DNA from: Octopus bimaculoides
Taxonomy: Eukaryota
Assembly (NCBI RefSeq): GCF_001194135.2
Contig: NC_069000.1
Span: 19,758,522-19,799,515, forward strand
DNA length: 40,994 nt
Direction of reading: 5' to 3'
The notes beneath the pieces are model-generated. The model searched no databases and was not told the origin of the DNA. It was given only the letters and a program-made list of their open reading frames with translations. Positions 10,520-24,476 of this stretch are shown piece by piece (the stretch's first letter is position 1; every line of letters starts with the position of its first letter). The position numbers and the translations under genes are program-made.

Positions 10520-11875
10520 AGGTTCGTTTCCTCAACCACAAACACAAAACCTACAGCAATCACTCCCATAATTACAAGCACCAATGCAACAACATTACCA
10601 CGGCCTCAATCGCAACCACAGACTCCAACACAAACACCACAACCCTAACCACAATCTCAAATATACCCACCACTATCAATACCATAGCATAAACTACAAA
10701 TTACCATCATCTTCAGCCAACACCGCAGACATAGCCAAAAAGCATAATCCCTGTTACTAACAGTAACGCCTCAATTACAACCATTATTGCTAAGACTTAA
10801 GGCTAACACCAAAACCACAGGTGAAACCACAATCAAAAATACCACCACCACCGCCGCCGCCACCACCACCACNNNNNNNNNNNNNNNNNNNNNNNNNNNN
10901 NNNNNNNNNNNNNNNNNNNNNNNNNNNNNNNNNNNNNNNNNNNNNNNNNNNNNNNNNNNNNNNNNNNNNNNNNNNNNNNNNNNNNNNNNNNNNNNNNNNN
11001 NNNNNNNNNNNNNNNNNNNNNNNNNNNNNNNNNNNNNNNNNNNNNNNNNNNNNNNNNNNNNNNNNNNNNNNNNNNNNNNNNNNNNNNNNNNNNNNNNNNN
11101 NNNNNNNNNNNNNNNNNNNNNNNNNNNNNNNNNNNNNNNNNNNNNNNNNNNNNNNNNNNNNNNNNNNNNNNNNNNNNNNNNNNNNNNNNNNNNNNNNNNN
11201 NNNNNNNNNNNNNNNNNNNNNNNNNNNNNNNNNNNNNNNNNNNNNNNNNNNNNNNNNNNNNNNNNNNNNNNNNNNNNNNNNNNNNNNNNNNNNNNNNNNN
11301 NNNNNNNNNNNNNNNNNNNNNNNNNNNNNNNNNNNNNNNNNNNNNNNNNNNNNNNNNNNNNNNNNNNNNNNNNNNNNNNNNNNNNNNNNNNNNNNNNNNN
11401 NNNNNNNNNNNNNNNNNNNNNNNNNNNNNNNNNNNNNNNNNNNNNNNNNNNNNNNNNNNNNNNNNNNNNNNNNNNNNNNNNNNNNNNNNNNNNNNNNNNN
11501 NNNNNNNNNNNNNCTGCACCACCACCACCACCACCACTAACAACAACCACAACCACAAACACTAGCAATGGTGGCTACCCTCACCACCAGCACCACCACC
11601 ACTACCACAACCACCTCCACCACCACCACCAACAACAACAACACCATCACCACCATCACTACTATTACAGACAAGAACACCAGAACCAAATCTGCAACAG
11701 CAACACAACTACACTGCAAAAAAACAGTCGACACCAGTGCTTCTAATACTAGCACAGCTACCACCACCACCACCACCACCACCACCACTACCACCACCAC
11801 TACCGCAACCACCACAACCACCATCACCAGGAGCGCCACCATTATCACCGTCACCACCCACATCTCACGATCATA
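10520..11875. repeat. Decayed (ACC/ACA)n trinucleotide low-complexity tract spanning a gap
   Basis: Perfect CAC/ACC runs grade into cryptic Thr/His/Pro-coding sequence, with stops and frame changes. Confidence 0.85.
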
Positions 11876-12300
11876 ACCCAGTCTGTACAGACATTTGGCA
11901 TCTTATTGACACCACAGTAGTCTGGGACCGTTGTGTGTGTAGAGGGATGGGATTGCGTACGTGCTTTCAGATCCTGGCACCAAAGTTCAAACAGTGCATT
12001 TACATTACACTCGCACACTCTCTGCGTCTCTCTCTTTCTCTCTCTTTCTCTTTCTGTCTCTCTCTGTCTCTCTGTCTCTCACACACACAACCATACACAC
12101 ACATTTTTGTACAGTGGTGTACACAGAGAAATACATATGTATATATCTACATATACACATCTATATTTATATTTGTATACTGCGATAAATATACATACAC
12201 TTCTAAACTATATATATATATATATATACATATACACTCTTGCATGTATAAGAAACAAACACACTGCCTCACGCAATGTATACATACATATATATATGTA

Positions 12301-12504
12301 TACCGGAGTAAGGACATAAATGTGAAACAAGGTGGAAAAAAGAGTACTCAAATACCAGAGGTAGAGTAATATGCTTTATTTAAAAGCAGCAGAAATATAA
12401 CAAAAGCTGTTACTCGGAGTTTCACGTTCCCGTTGGTCTGACGAACCGGAACATGAAACTCTGAGTAACAGCTTTTGTTATATTTCTGTTATTTTTAAAT
12501 AAAG
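12301..12504. mobile_element. Fold-back element, copy 1; probable Penelope-like (PLE) inverted pLTR terminus
   Basis: A ~65-bp-arm inverted repeat (12374-12504) is centred on a hammerhead CTGACGA box. It has a unique ~75-bp left extension and (TA)n on both sides. Near-identical to 39952-40149. Confidence 0.7.
12434..12471 (+). ncRNA. Degenerate minimal hammerhead ribozyme motif
   Basis: CTGACGA (12438-12444), ACC-GGAA-CAT (stem II mutated relative to ACG/CGT), GAAA, ACTC-T-GAGT stem III, GTA cleavage after 12467. Confidence 0.55.
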
Positions 12505-13077
12505 TATATATATATATATANNNNNNNNNNNNNNNNNNNNNNNNNNNNNNNNNNNNNNNNNNNNNNNNNNNNNNNNNNNNNNNNNNNNNNNNNNNNNNNN
12601 NNNNNNNNNNNNNNNNNNNNNNNNNNNNNNNNNNNNNNNNNNNNNNNNNNNNNNNNNNNNNNNNNNNNNNNNNNNNNNNNNNNNNNNNNNNNNNNNNNNN
12701 NNNNNNNNNNNNNNNNNNNNNNNNNNNNNNNNNNNNNNNNNNNNNNNNNNNNNNNNNNNNNNNNNNNNNNNNNNNNNNNNNNNNNNNNNNNNNNNNNNNN
12801 NNNNNNNNNNNNNNNNNNNNNNNNNNNNNNNNNNNNNNNNNNNNNNNNNNNNNNNNNNNNNNNNNNNNNNNNNNNNNNNNNNNNNNNNNNNNNNNNNNNN
12901 NNNNNNNNNNNNNNNNNNNNNNNNNNNNNNNNNNNNNNNNNNNNNNNNNNNNNNNNNNNNNNNNNNNNNNNNNNNNNNNNNNNNNNNNNNNNNNNNNNNN
13001 NNNNNNNNNNNNNNCACACACACATACATATATATGTATGTATGTATGTATGCATTCTTAGATTCTCTTATTTTTTT

Positions 13078-13130
13078 ATTTTTTACTTGTTTCAGTTATT
13101 TGACTGCGGCCATGCTGGTGCACCACCTTA
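13078..13130 (-). mobile_element. SINE class C 3' end fragment
   Basis: TTTTACTTGTTTCAGTTATTTGACTGCGGCCATGCTGGTGCACCACCTT is nearly identical to 29298-29348. Confidence 0.8.
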
Positions 13131-13186
13131 TATGCATAAAAAACAAACGCAGTCAAACACACACATTTATACATACCTACATATAT

Positions 13187-13237
<51 letters not shown>

Positions 13238-13414
13238 CTCACACACACATACATACATACACACATGGGTGTGTGTATGCGTATGTCAGTTATTACTAAT
13301 GCACTGCACGACGTTCTTGAATAATGTAACGTATACCATTTTTTAAATAAATTCTTTAGTCTTGTGATATGTAGTCAGTTTGTTTATTCTTCAACACGAT
13401 GCGGGAATTGTACT

Positions 13415-13477
<63 letters not shown>

Positions 13478-13912
13478 CCTACCTATCTATCTATCTATCT
13501 AAGGATGGCACGTGTGAATGACGGAGCCACCTTGAGCATAACACTATAAAGGAGTAAAAAAAAAAGTCCAGACAAAAAACAAAAAGGCAAAAGAGAGTCA
13601 CTTACTGTTATAGTTTCTGCAATGACACTATTGACCAAGGTTACCGTGGTCTTTTCCGTGGGCTTTTCTTTCCACGGCTAAACCTAAACTGTCCTCTTTT
13701 TACACGAGAACATTACTGTGATACACGGTCCCTATTGATCGCTATTTTTTTTCGATCCCTTTTGATCGAACTCCCCCCTTTTTCCCTTCCTACGATCCCT
13801 TTTGATCGACACCCCCTTCTTCCTTTTTTCCCCTTCTCCATCCCCAAAAGAAAAGCTCTACATTGTATTTGTCCCATCTCTGTTGAGCCCTGTGTGGCTA
13901 ATAAAAGAAACG

Positions 13913-14073
<161 letters not shown>

Positions 14074-16009
14074 TGTAAATACATTGATAAAGTAGTAGAA
14101 TTGTTAATCAGGAAAAAAACAAAACAAAACGAAAAACAATTGAATAAAAAGTTCCTGCAAACACTAGGAAATGAATCAAGAAATATAAAAAAAGTTGTCG
14201 TCTATTACAGAAAAAAACTGCACTATAAAAAATGAGTGCTTTCAGCCACGAGCAAGAGAAATGCACCACCTGTCAGAAACAGAAGGCATTAAAAGCTCCT
14301 ATAAAACAATCCATGCTTATACGTTGACCTTAAAGAAACGAGAACTGCTTCCTTTCTCAGCTCTGGTGGTTTGTCATTATTGACAGAATATTTCCCGGAT
14401 GCTAAAGCGATAGGCAGAACACTGATCCTTTCTTAAATCGTCCCTCTCTCATAAACTGAAAGGCAATAAACAGGTTACCTCAGATGCCGTCAACAAGAGT
14501 AGGGCGTCACTCACATATCACCACCATCGTCATCTCCATAAACAACTTCGTTCCCCAAAGTAACGCTGTAATATGTGAGCATATGCTCTCAAATAAAGAA
14601 CTCAGGTAAATGCATTTTGTGAGCTGATATTCTTGCTTTGCCAGTGGCAGAAAGAGGAAAAAATTCCCAAATTCTATTCATTGGAGGTGTGAAAACACTA
14701 AAATGCCACACCCGTGCAGGCTGAAAGGTATATAAAGAACGCGCTTCTAGATTTCTTGTCAGAAAGGGGAGACAACACGAGAAAATAACTAGGTACACAT
14801 GCATCTCTGACATTTATTTATTACTGTCGTTTAAAATTGAATGGCGATTCGCTAGTGTGACATTCATTAACATGTCACCTAGATAAATTACAGCTCTTTC
14901 ATAACGATCTTAGTGTAGCGTGGCTGGCATCAAAACGAGGTCAACCTCACACTGTAACAAGTTGGCGCTGAACGTTGAGTTAGAGATGCTCCTAATGCTT
15001 AAAAGTACACTACATATCCTCAATCTCTTTTATTGTGGATCCAATAACTGTTGTGTTGGAGGACAAGAGGTCCAGGTGCTACTCATGTGGTAGGATCTAT
15101 TACCTGAAAGCATTTTACTCTCTGACAATGGAGTGAACAATCTTTTTGCCAACATCAACAGAACAACATCAACACCACCAATAACAACAGCAACAGCAAT
15201 AATAACAACCACATCAACAATGACAACTATTGCAGTAGCAAAACCCCATCCTATAAACTAAGAAACCATCTTTAAAAAAAAGGAATCTTCACAGAAGTGC
15301 CCTTCCTATAAAAGCAATATCATGTACTGATGTCTTATAGACTATCCTATCTCACCAAAGTCTTGGCCTTCCGCCTATGTTAGAAACAGATATCATTATT
15401 AATTTTCTTCAGCATTTATTAATTTTCTTTAGCATTTATTAATTTGAGAAATATACCAAGAGTTTCCGTTCTTCAAAAAGATTAAGATTCTTCTTGGTAG
15501 GTATATACGAAAGCATGTTCAAAGTTTACAAATGTTATATTTATTCTTAAAGATTATCTGCTAATATCTTTGCAGAAGTGGTTGTGTATCATTTCAATTG
15601 TTCCAATTACAAATGAAACGTTTTCGTTATCCACCACAAAGCTTTTTGTTGAATGGCTAAACTTCTATAATCTTTAGCTTATCAGCAAATTCCTATACAA
15701 TATTACAGTAATTTGGCATTGCTATGTTGATCATTGGCAGAGTAGTTTCAGTTTTGTCGTGGATATTATGCATTGTCTTGTGGTCTGTTTACGTTCTGAA
15801 CTTTCAGGCAGATGGTCATATAAGTATCAGCCAGCTTTTTTCTTGAAGTAGTTAAAATTTGCTAATCTTATGTAGAGTAACCTCGCTATATTCTACAAAT
15901 ATATTTTGATTTAACTTTGTACTGACCATCCTGACACAATCAGGTGTCTTATCTAAGAAAATACACCACACAAGTTCATTCCATCGTATTAGTTATGTAG
16001 TTATATTTT

Positions 16010-16080
16010 AATATATCTAGTGGTGATATTTTGATATACCTAGTGGTAATATATCTGGTGGTGATATATCTAGTGGTGAT
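16010..16080. repeat. ~15-bp minisatellite (ATATATCTAGTGGTG)
   Basis: About 4 imperfect copies. Explains the VIYLV-repeat ORF. Confidence 0.85.
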
Positions 16081-18044
16081 GGCTAGTCCTTTATCACGAA
16101 TATTGCTGCTTCTGTTTTTTTGTTTTGGCTGGATATTTTTATCCAGATCTGAGTTATTTATTTATTTATTTGTTTATGTACGAGACATCCAGTTGACTGG
16201 AAAAAGTGGCCTTGTAAAGGAATGGGTTCATGATTGAACACGATGGTTGATTTGTATGTCGTCAGTGTTTTTGATGCTGCTGCTTTAGGTTAAGACTTGA
16301 GTTGTTTGAAATCTAATCCAACTTTTTCATAAGAATTATGTTCCTGCGGATATCATCAATTTGCTATCGTGTATATCGTGTGCAAGATCCTAATCAAGAC
16401 AAGTATGGTACATGCCGCCTTCAGAATTGAAAAGTTTGTGAAAAAACCTTCATAACGACTTTATTAACCTGATGCTCAATAGGCCACTTCCACCTTTGTT
16501 TCTGTGAATGTACAGTCGCCATTGCGCATAAGAATTAATGCGTATTACGGGTTACCTTTTATTATCAGATTTCCATAAAATTTAGATTTATTATGTTCCA
16601 TTCCAATGTTTAAAAAAAGCATGAAAATGTATTAATGAAAACATTCTATTCATATTATNNNNNNNNNNNNNNNNNNNNNNNNNNNNNNNNNNNNNNNNNN
16701 NNNNNNNNNNNNNNNNNNNNNNNNNNNNNNNNNNNNNNNNNNNNNNNNNNNNNNNNNNNNNNNNNNNNNNNNNNNNNNNNNNNNNNNNNNNNNNNNNNNN
16801 NNNNNNNNCTTTATTCTTATTTTTGACCACGTATTTGTAAAAGCAGAATAATTCAGCTCTTCTATAATGTCCTCTGACTAGAGTTCCAAATAATCTTCTT
16901 GTTTTGCCAGTTTGCCTCGCTGTACTATATCACCTTGGATTTCTCTAACTGAAAAGACATCTTAACGTTTCTCTGAAATTACTTGTCAATACAGAGGAGG
17001 TTGACCAATTAAGTTCGCTTCAATTTCAAGTAATACTTGAAGAAAACAATGATAGTGAGAGCGGAGAAATTTGCAGAAGGATGTTTTGGGGGTAACGAGC
17101 CCCATGGATGGGCTTACTCTCAATTGGTGGTCAGATTAAACCGGGACTGATTGGATTTCCAAACTGATCCTGGAGAGATGTCCCTCTTTTTGGATCTATA
17201 CATATATTTTATGTTATCCCATTTCATCGTCAGTTTTGTCATTGCAGTTTTCTTTGTTTTCACACTTCATTTAACTCCTCTCTGCCACTGTTTTGGTACA
17301 TTGTTTTTGTTCCATCGGGTTTTCCACCTTTATTTGTTTTAAAAAAACAACAACTGATTATTATCTATAATAATGGTGGAGACTTATATCCAAAGCTGAG
17401 AAACCATGGCATAATACGACTATCCGATTTATTGCATATCTTTAGGCCTTGCATTAGCTTCAAAGTTTTGCACAAAGAACACAAATAAAACATAGCTAAA
17501 TACATAATAGAGTAAAAAAATAACGGACAATTATGGCCAATTGAGCTGAATAGAACAGATAGTTCAGAACTGAAAATGATATTTGATCCCGGTTCATACA
17601 TGTATCACACCTTGCCGACCAGACTTATAACTCTTCAAACCGGTCATCATCTCTGTAACAGTCAACAAGTTAACTCTCCTTATATATTTTGTATGATTGT
17701 CTGAAGAATGTTTTTGACATTTTAAGACCGTCTATGATAATTCTGACTTTGCCACATTACAATATCTTATCAAAAGAACTTTAGTTCGCATCGTAAGTAG
17801 TTAATTTCGTTGACAACATGTCTTATCAGCCGAACATTGCATTCATCAGTCAAGCAACCAACCGTTCACACTCCAGTTGAAACTTTGAATACTTCTTTCA
17901 ATGCTTCGCAAAAACGTTCATCCAATTGGATGACTACACATGCAGCATGCACACATACAGATTTACATGTTATACAATATATTCATGTATTTTAATAGTA
18001 ACATATGCACACGCATGAACACACACACACACACACACACACGT

Positions 18045-18081
<37 letters not shown>

Positions 18082-18869
18082 TATAGGTTCAGGCTAACAC
18101 ACTTGAAGCGGTCAGCAGAAAATATTGTTTAGTGTATTGAAACTCACAACGTTAATATATTAAAAACGTTAATATATTAAAAAAAAAAAAAGTCATTTGC
18201 GTTAACTAAGAGGGTCAACTGCCGAAAGTTCAATCAATCCCAAATTGATTTTAACGTAGATATGCAGAGACGCAAAACAGTTAAAAATTTTTTTTTATCG
18301 GACCTCTTCAGCAAAACACAATCCATTTCATGGCATCCAAGATATCACTACAACTAATAAANNNNNNNNNNNNNNNNNNNNNNNNNNNNNNNNNNNNNNN
18401 NNNNNNNNNNNNNNNNNNNNNNNNNNNNNNNNNNNNNNNNNNNNNNNNNNNNNNNNNNNNNNNNNNNNNNNNNNNNNNNNNNNNNNNNNNNNNNNNNNNN
18501 NNNNNNNNNNNNNNNNNNNNNNNNNNNNNNNNNNNNNNNNNNNNNNNNNNNNNNNNNNNNNNNNNNNNNNNNNNNNNNNNNNNNNNNNNNNNNNNNNNNN
18601 NNNNNNNNNNNNNNNNNNNNNNNNNNNNNNNNNNNNNNNNNNNNNNNNNNNNNNNNNNNNNNNNNNNNNNNNNNNNNNNNNNNNNNNNNNNNNNNNNNNN
18701 NNNNNNNNNNNNNNNNNNNNNNNNNNNNNNNNNNNNNNNNNNNNNNNNNNNNNNNNNNNNNNNNNNNNNNNNNNNNNNNNNNNNNNNNNNNNNNNNNNNN
18801 NNNNNNNNNNNNNNNNNNNNNNNNNNNNNNNNNNNNNNNNNNNNNNNNNNNNNNNNNNNNNNNNNNNNN

Positions 18870-18920
<51 letters not shown>

Positions 18921-19362
18921 AACTTGGAAATTCCAAGCGACAACGTAACCATCATCTAATTAAGGCATTCTCGACCTGATGACTAGCTGAGTACTCCTCT
19001 TTGAGTATTTGCGTAGTTATTATATCAGATGATAAGTTATTTAAGAAACATATGTAGTCTGCATTTAACCCGTTCCTCTACCACAATTGGGATTTCTATT
19101 CGTGTTTGTTGCAAGTCTAGTTGTTACTCTAGTTGCTAACCGTGAACTATACAGAAGAAGCATTCAGTCAAATATAAATAATGTAAATAATGGAGCATTC
19201 AGCTTCTCGAATTTTCTCGCAACTTCAATATGTAAAAAAACTGTGTAACATTCGATGGCAGCAAATTGTTATCGTTCCTGATTGCAGACAATCCATCTTT
19301 TTCTATACCTGCAACGCACTGCTTGAAGCTAACAAACTTACTACACTAGGATCCCTGGATCC

Positions 19363-19434
<72 letters not shown>

Positions 19435-19964
19435 AAATTATAATTATTACCTTTGAGGTTTTTATTCCCATGCTGGCCACCTGATAAGATCGCTATTCTA
19501 AGTAACGATCTTATCCTTATATATGTGTGTATGTATGTATGTATGTATGTATATGTATACACATGCACAAACGCACACATGTTTATGTATATATGTATAT
19601 ACATATAGTTCCAAAAGTCCCTTTAATATTTTCATTTTATATATTTTGTATTTACATGTCCACTAGCCACGGGCTTTAATTTGTTTATTCTGTCCTCGAA
19701 ACTCCTCTCTAGAGGTTCTGGACTTAAAGGGAGGATTCTTTGAGCAATACAAATTGCGTTTCACTTGCGTGTGTGTTCATTGGTGGATGGGGGCGGATTG
19801 CATGTATATACTAATACATCCTTTTGTTATTTACACCACCTGTCCTCGTCTGTTNNNNNNNNNNNNNNNNNNNNNNNNNNNNNNNNNNNNNNNNNNNNNN
19901 NNNNNNNNNNNNNNNNNNNNNNNNNNNNNNNNNNNNNNNNNNNNNNNNNNNNNNTATCTATCTA

Positions 19965-19997
<33 letters not shown>

Positions 19998-20052
19998 ATC
20001 TATCACTGTGTGTGTGTGTGTGTATGTGTGTGTGTATAGATATTTGAGTATT

Positions 20053-20257
20053 TGTGTCTGTTTGTCCTATATCACTGCTTGACAGCCAGTGGTGGTGTGT
20101 TTAAGTCCCCGTAACTTTGCAGTTCGGCAAAATAGCCGATAGAATAAGTACAAGCTTAAAACAATAGTACGGGGTCGATTCGTTCAACTAAAATTCTTCA
20201 AGGCGGTGCCCCAGCGTGGCCGCAGTCTAATGACTAAAACAAATAAAAGATAAAAGA
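20053..20257 (+). mobile_element. SINE class C
   Basis: GCTTGACAGCC...GTCCCCGTAACTT...CCGATAGAATAAGTAC...GGGGTCGATT...GGCGGTGCCCCAGCGTGGCCGCAGTCTAATGACT, with an AAAAGAT tail. Preceded by (TG)n. Confidence 0.85.
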
Positions 20258-21696
20258 TATTTTTGATATATGTGTGTGTATGTGTGTGTGTGTGTATACA
20301 TACATATATACATACACTTATATTTCTTTTCTTTCAGTTATTAGACNNNNNNNNNNNNNNNNNNNNNNNNNNNNNNNNNNNNNNNNNNNNNNNNNNNNNN
20401 NNNNNNNNNNNNNNNNNNNNNNNNNNNNNNNNNNNNNNNNNNNNNNNNNNNNNNNNNNNNNNNNNNNNNNNNNNNNNNNNNNNNNNNNNNNNNNNNNNNN
20501 NNNNNNNNNNNNNNNNNNNNNNNNNNNNNNNNNNNNNNNNNNNNNNNNNNNNNNNNNNNNNNNNNNNNNNNNNNNNNNNNNNNNNNNNNNNNNNNNNNNN
20601 NNNNNNNNNNNNNNNNNNNNNNNNNNNNNNNNNNNNNNNNNNNNNNNNNNNNNNNNNNNNNNNNNNNNNNNNNNNNNNNNNNNNNNNNNNNNNNNNNNNN
20701 NNNNNNNNNNNNNNNNNNNNNNNNNNNNNNNNNNNNNNNNNNNNNNNNNNNNNNNNNNNNNNNNNNNNNNNNNNNNNNNNNNNNNNNNNNNNNNNNNNNN
20801 NNNNNNNNNNNNNNNNNNNNNNNNNNNNNNNNNNNNNNNNNNNNNNNNNNNNNNNNNNNNNNNNNNNNNNNNNNNNNNNNNNNNNNNNNNNNNNNNNNNN
20901 NNNNNNNNNNNNNNNNNNNNNNNNNNNNNNNNNNNNNNNNNNNNNNNNNNNNNNNNNNNNNNNNNNNNNNNNNNNNNNNNNNNNNNNNNNNNNNNNNNNN
21001 NNNNNNNNNNNNNNNNNNNNNNNNNNNNNNNNNNNNNNNNNNNNNNNNNNNNNNNNNNNNNNNNNNNNNNNNNNNNNNNNNNNNNNNNNNNNNNNNNNNN
21101 NNNNNNNNNNNNNNNNNNNNNNNNNNNNNNNNNNNNNNNNNNNNNNNNNNNNNNNNNNNNNNNNNNNNNNNNNNNNNNNNNNNNNNNNNNNNNNNNNNNN
21201 NNNNNNNNNNNNNNNNNNNNNNNNNNNNNNNNNNNNNNNNNNGTACAACGGTCTGTATATACAATCAACACAGACGCTATAACTATACAACTGTCAACCC
21301 AGCCATTGAAGCTTGTTTAATCTTTTAGTTTATGGCATTTTCTGGTTTTCCCGTAAAAAAAATTATACAGACAATCCCTCCCCCCACTACCACCTCGCCC
21401 ATAGTTCTTTCCCCTTCCCTACATTCACACACTTATAGCTCCCTCCACAGTCACCCTTGTTAGGAGATTAGATAAAGGAGCAGTGATTGAGGTGGAGTGT
21501 CGGGGGGGGGGAGTAGGTTTGATCGCATGCAGTGCCATAGTGCTGATAACGTCTATGCGCGCGAGACAGTGTGTATTTATATATGAAGAAAAATGGGGAA
21601 GGGGAGGACCCAGGGACAATAACTGCTTAAAAACGTAATAGTTAAAGCGGGCACAAGTATACTAGTTGTAGTTAAGAAATCTTTATTAATTAAAGA

Positions 21697-21858
21697 GCAG
21701 GCATGGCTGTGTGGCAAGAAGCTTGTCTCACCCAACTATAGGGTTCCGTGTTCAGTCCCAGTGCGTGGCACCTTGGGAAATTGTCTTCTAGTATAGTCTT
21801 GGGCCGACTAAAGCCTTGTGAGTGGATATGGTAGACGGAAACTCGAAAATGGCCGTCG
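21697..21858 (+). mobile_element. SINE class B (most complete head)
   Basis: GCAGGCATGGCTGTGTGG (A-box-like), GTTCAGTCCC (B-box-like), CCTTGGGAAATTGTCTTCTA (resembles the CORE-SINE CCTTGGGCAAGT motif), ...GTAGACGGAAACT. Confidence 0.85.
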
Positions 21859-21920
21859 AATGGATTTATACATGTTGAAGAATAGTGGGGAGGGGGGCTG
21901 AAATAGACCCTCGGGCGATT

Positions 21921-22051
21921 GCTTCTCTCAACAGCATAGTTCCGGGTTCAGTCTCACTGCGTAGCACTTTGGGTAAGTGTCTTCTATAGCTTCGAACCAA
22001 CCAAAACCTTGTGAGTGAATTTGATAAACAGAAAATGAAAGAAGTTTGTCG
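21921..22051 (+). mobile_element. SINE class B, second tandem copy (5' eroded)
   Basis: GTTCCGGGTTCAGTCTCACTGCG...TTGGGTAAGTGTCTTCTATAGC...CCTTGTGAGTGAATTTG...GAAAGAAG. Confidence 0.8.
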
Positions 22052-22064
22052 ACTATATTCATAT

Positions 22065-22275
22065 ATTCTTTTATTCTCTTACCTTTTTTTAGTCATTTGA
22101 CCGGTGGAGCACCGATTATTTATAGTGTTTTTGTTGAACATTTCGACCCCAGGACATATTTTTAAGCCTAGTACTTATTCTATCGGTCTCTTTGCCCAAA
22201 GCGCTAGGTTACGGAGACGTAAACACACCAGCACCGGTTATCAAGCGATGATGAGGGTGACAAATACAGACAGAA
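22065..22275 (-). mobile_element. SINE class C
   Basis: Aligns by eye to 29296-29495, including AAGCCTAGTACTTATTCTATCGGTCTC and GTTACGGAGACGTAAACACACCAGCA. Confidence 0.85.
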
Positions 22276-22959
22276 AGACACATACACATAGATACATAGA
22301 TACATGCATACATAATATATATACANNNNNNNNNNNNNNNNNNNNNNNNNNNNNNNNNNNNNNNNNNNNNNNNNNNNNNNNNNNNNNNNNNNNNNNNNNN
22401 NNNNNNNNNNNNNNNNNNNNNNNNNNNNNNNNNNNNNNNNNNNNNNNNNNNNNNNNNNNNNNNNNNNNNNNNNNNNNNNNNNNNNNNNNNNNNNNNNNNN
22501 NNNNNNNNNNNNNNNNNNNNNNNNNNNNNNNNNNNNNNNNNNNNNNNNNNNNNNNNNNNNNNNNNNNNNNNNNNNNNNNNNNNNNNNNNNNNNNNNNNNN
22601 NNNNNNNNNNNNNNNNNNNNNNNNNNNNNNNNNNNNNNNNNNNNNNNNNNNNNNNNNNNNNNNNNNNNNNNNNNNNNNNNNNNNNNNNNNNNNNNNNNNN
22701 NNNNNNNNNNNNNNNNNNNNNNNNNNNNNNNNNNNNNNNNNNNNNNNNNNNNNNNNNNNNNNNNNNNNNNNNNNNNNNNNNNNNNNNNNNNNNNNNNNNN
22801 TATATATATATATATGTATATAAAAGATAATAAGAGTGAAAAAACTACAGAAGGCTTGTGTTACATGGTTAAAGTATATATTTAAATTATGTCAGAAAAA
22901 TGTTAGAAAAATGTTATAAAATCTTTTTGGTATATAAACATTGTATTTTGAGAAATAAC

Positions 22960-23610
22960 TGGTTTCGTGTTGTATGTGTGTATGTGTGTGTGCATGGTTT
23001 GGTGGTTTATCTGTTAGTGTGATTGTGTGTGTGTGTGTGTGTGACGTAGTGAAAGGAATTAGTAGCAGGAATAGTTAGTAGATGCTTAAGAACAGTGTTA
23101 GGTAGAAGGTCAACAGACGGTTTTTGAGTATGTGTGTGTTCGTGTGTGTGTTTGTGTGGGGTTGTAGGTGTTGGGAACGTGTACGTGTACGTGTGCGTGT
23201 GTATTTTGTATGTGCGCGTGTGTGTATGTGTATGTTTTTGTGCGTGTGTGTGTGTTTGTGTGTATGTGTATGTTGTGTATATGTGCGTTGCTGTGTACGT
23301 GTGTGTGCGTGCGTATGCTATTGTATGTTCGTGTGTTGTTTATGCCCATGTGTGTGTAATTGTATCCGTGTCTGTGTGAGTGTGTAGTGTTGGTGAGAAG
23401 TGTGTGTGCGTGTATGTGTATATTGTGTATGTTTTCGTGCGTGCGTGTGTGTTATGTATGTGAGTGAGTATTGTGTATGTGAGAGGTGTGTGTGCGTGTG
23501 TGCATGTGTGTATATGTGTATGTGTGTTGTGTATGTGTGTGTGTGTGTGGTTTTGTGTATGTGAGAGGTGTGTGTGTATGTGTGTGTTTATGTGTGTGTG
23601 CGTGCGTATG
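22960..23610. repeat. Long degenerate (TG)n tract
   Basis: Read directly. Source of the Cys/Val ORFs. Confidence 0.95.
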
Positions 23611-24476
23611 NNNNNNNNNNNNNNNNNNNNNNNNNNNNNNNNNNNNNNNNNNNNNNNNNNNNNNNNNNNNNNNNNNNNNNNNNNNNNNNNNNNNNNNNNN
23701 NNNNNNNNNNNNNNNNNNNNNNNNNNNNNNNNNNNNNNNNNNNNNNNNNNNNNNNNNNNNNNNNNNNNNNNNNNNNNNNNNNNNNNNNNNNNNNNNNNNN
23801 NNNNNNNNNNNNNNNNNNNNNNNNNNNNNNNNNNNNNNNNNNNNNNNNNNNNNNNNNNNNNNNNNNNNNNNNNNNNNNNNNNNNNNNNNNNNNNNNNNNN
23901 NNNNNNNNNNNNNNNNNNNNNNNNNNNNNNNNNNNNNNNNNNNNNNNNNNNNNNNNNNNNNNNNNNNNNNNNNNNNNNNNNNNNNNNNNNNNNNNNNNNN
24001 NNNNNNNNNNNNNNNNNNNNNNNNNNNNNNNNNNNNNNNNNNNNNNNNNNNNNNNNNNNNNNNNNNNNNNNNNNNNNNNNNNNNNNNNNNNNNNNNNNNN
24101 NNNNNNNNNNNNNNNNNNNNNNNNNNNNNNNNNNNNNNNNNNNNNNNNNNNNNNNNNNNNNNNNNNNNNNNNNNNNNNNNNNNNNNNNNNNNNNNNNNNN
24201 NNNNNNNNNNNNNNNNNNNNNNNNNNNNNNNNNNNNNNNNNNNNNNNNNNNNNNNNNNNNNNNNNNNNNNNNNNNNNNNNNNNNNNNNNNNNNNNNNNNN
24301 NNNNNNNNNNNNNNNNNNNNNNNNNNNNNNNNNNNNNNNNNNNNNNNNNNNNNNNNNNNNNNNNNNNNNNNNNNNNNNNNNNNNNNNNNNNNNNNNNNNN
24401 NNNNNNNNNNNNNNNNNNNNNNNNNNNNNNNNNNNNNNNNNNNNNNNNNNNNNNNNNNNNNNNNNNNNNNNNNNNN

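Noticed and set aside
10470-11880. Thr-rich mucin-like exon with upstream acceptor-like sites
   Set aside because: The Thr register is broken by stops and frameshifts and grades into pure (ACC)n, as do other cryptic triplet tracts in the window.
13600-13690. Possible 72-nt minus-strand exon ([24 protein letters not shown]) ending in GTAAGT
   Set aside because: The acceptor context is purine-rich, and the surrounding short repeats and hairpin look more like a repeat fragment.
14250-14380. CTTCQKQK motif suggestive of a Gypsy integrase zinc finger
   Set aside because: It is too short, and no downstream DDE motifs could be read.
14725-14765. TATATAAAG with a downstream TCAG (TATA/Inr-like)
   Set aside because: Such motifs are common by chance in AT-rich DNA, and no associated gene or LTR pair was found.
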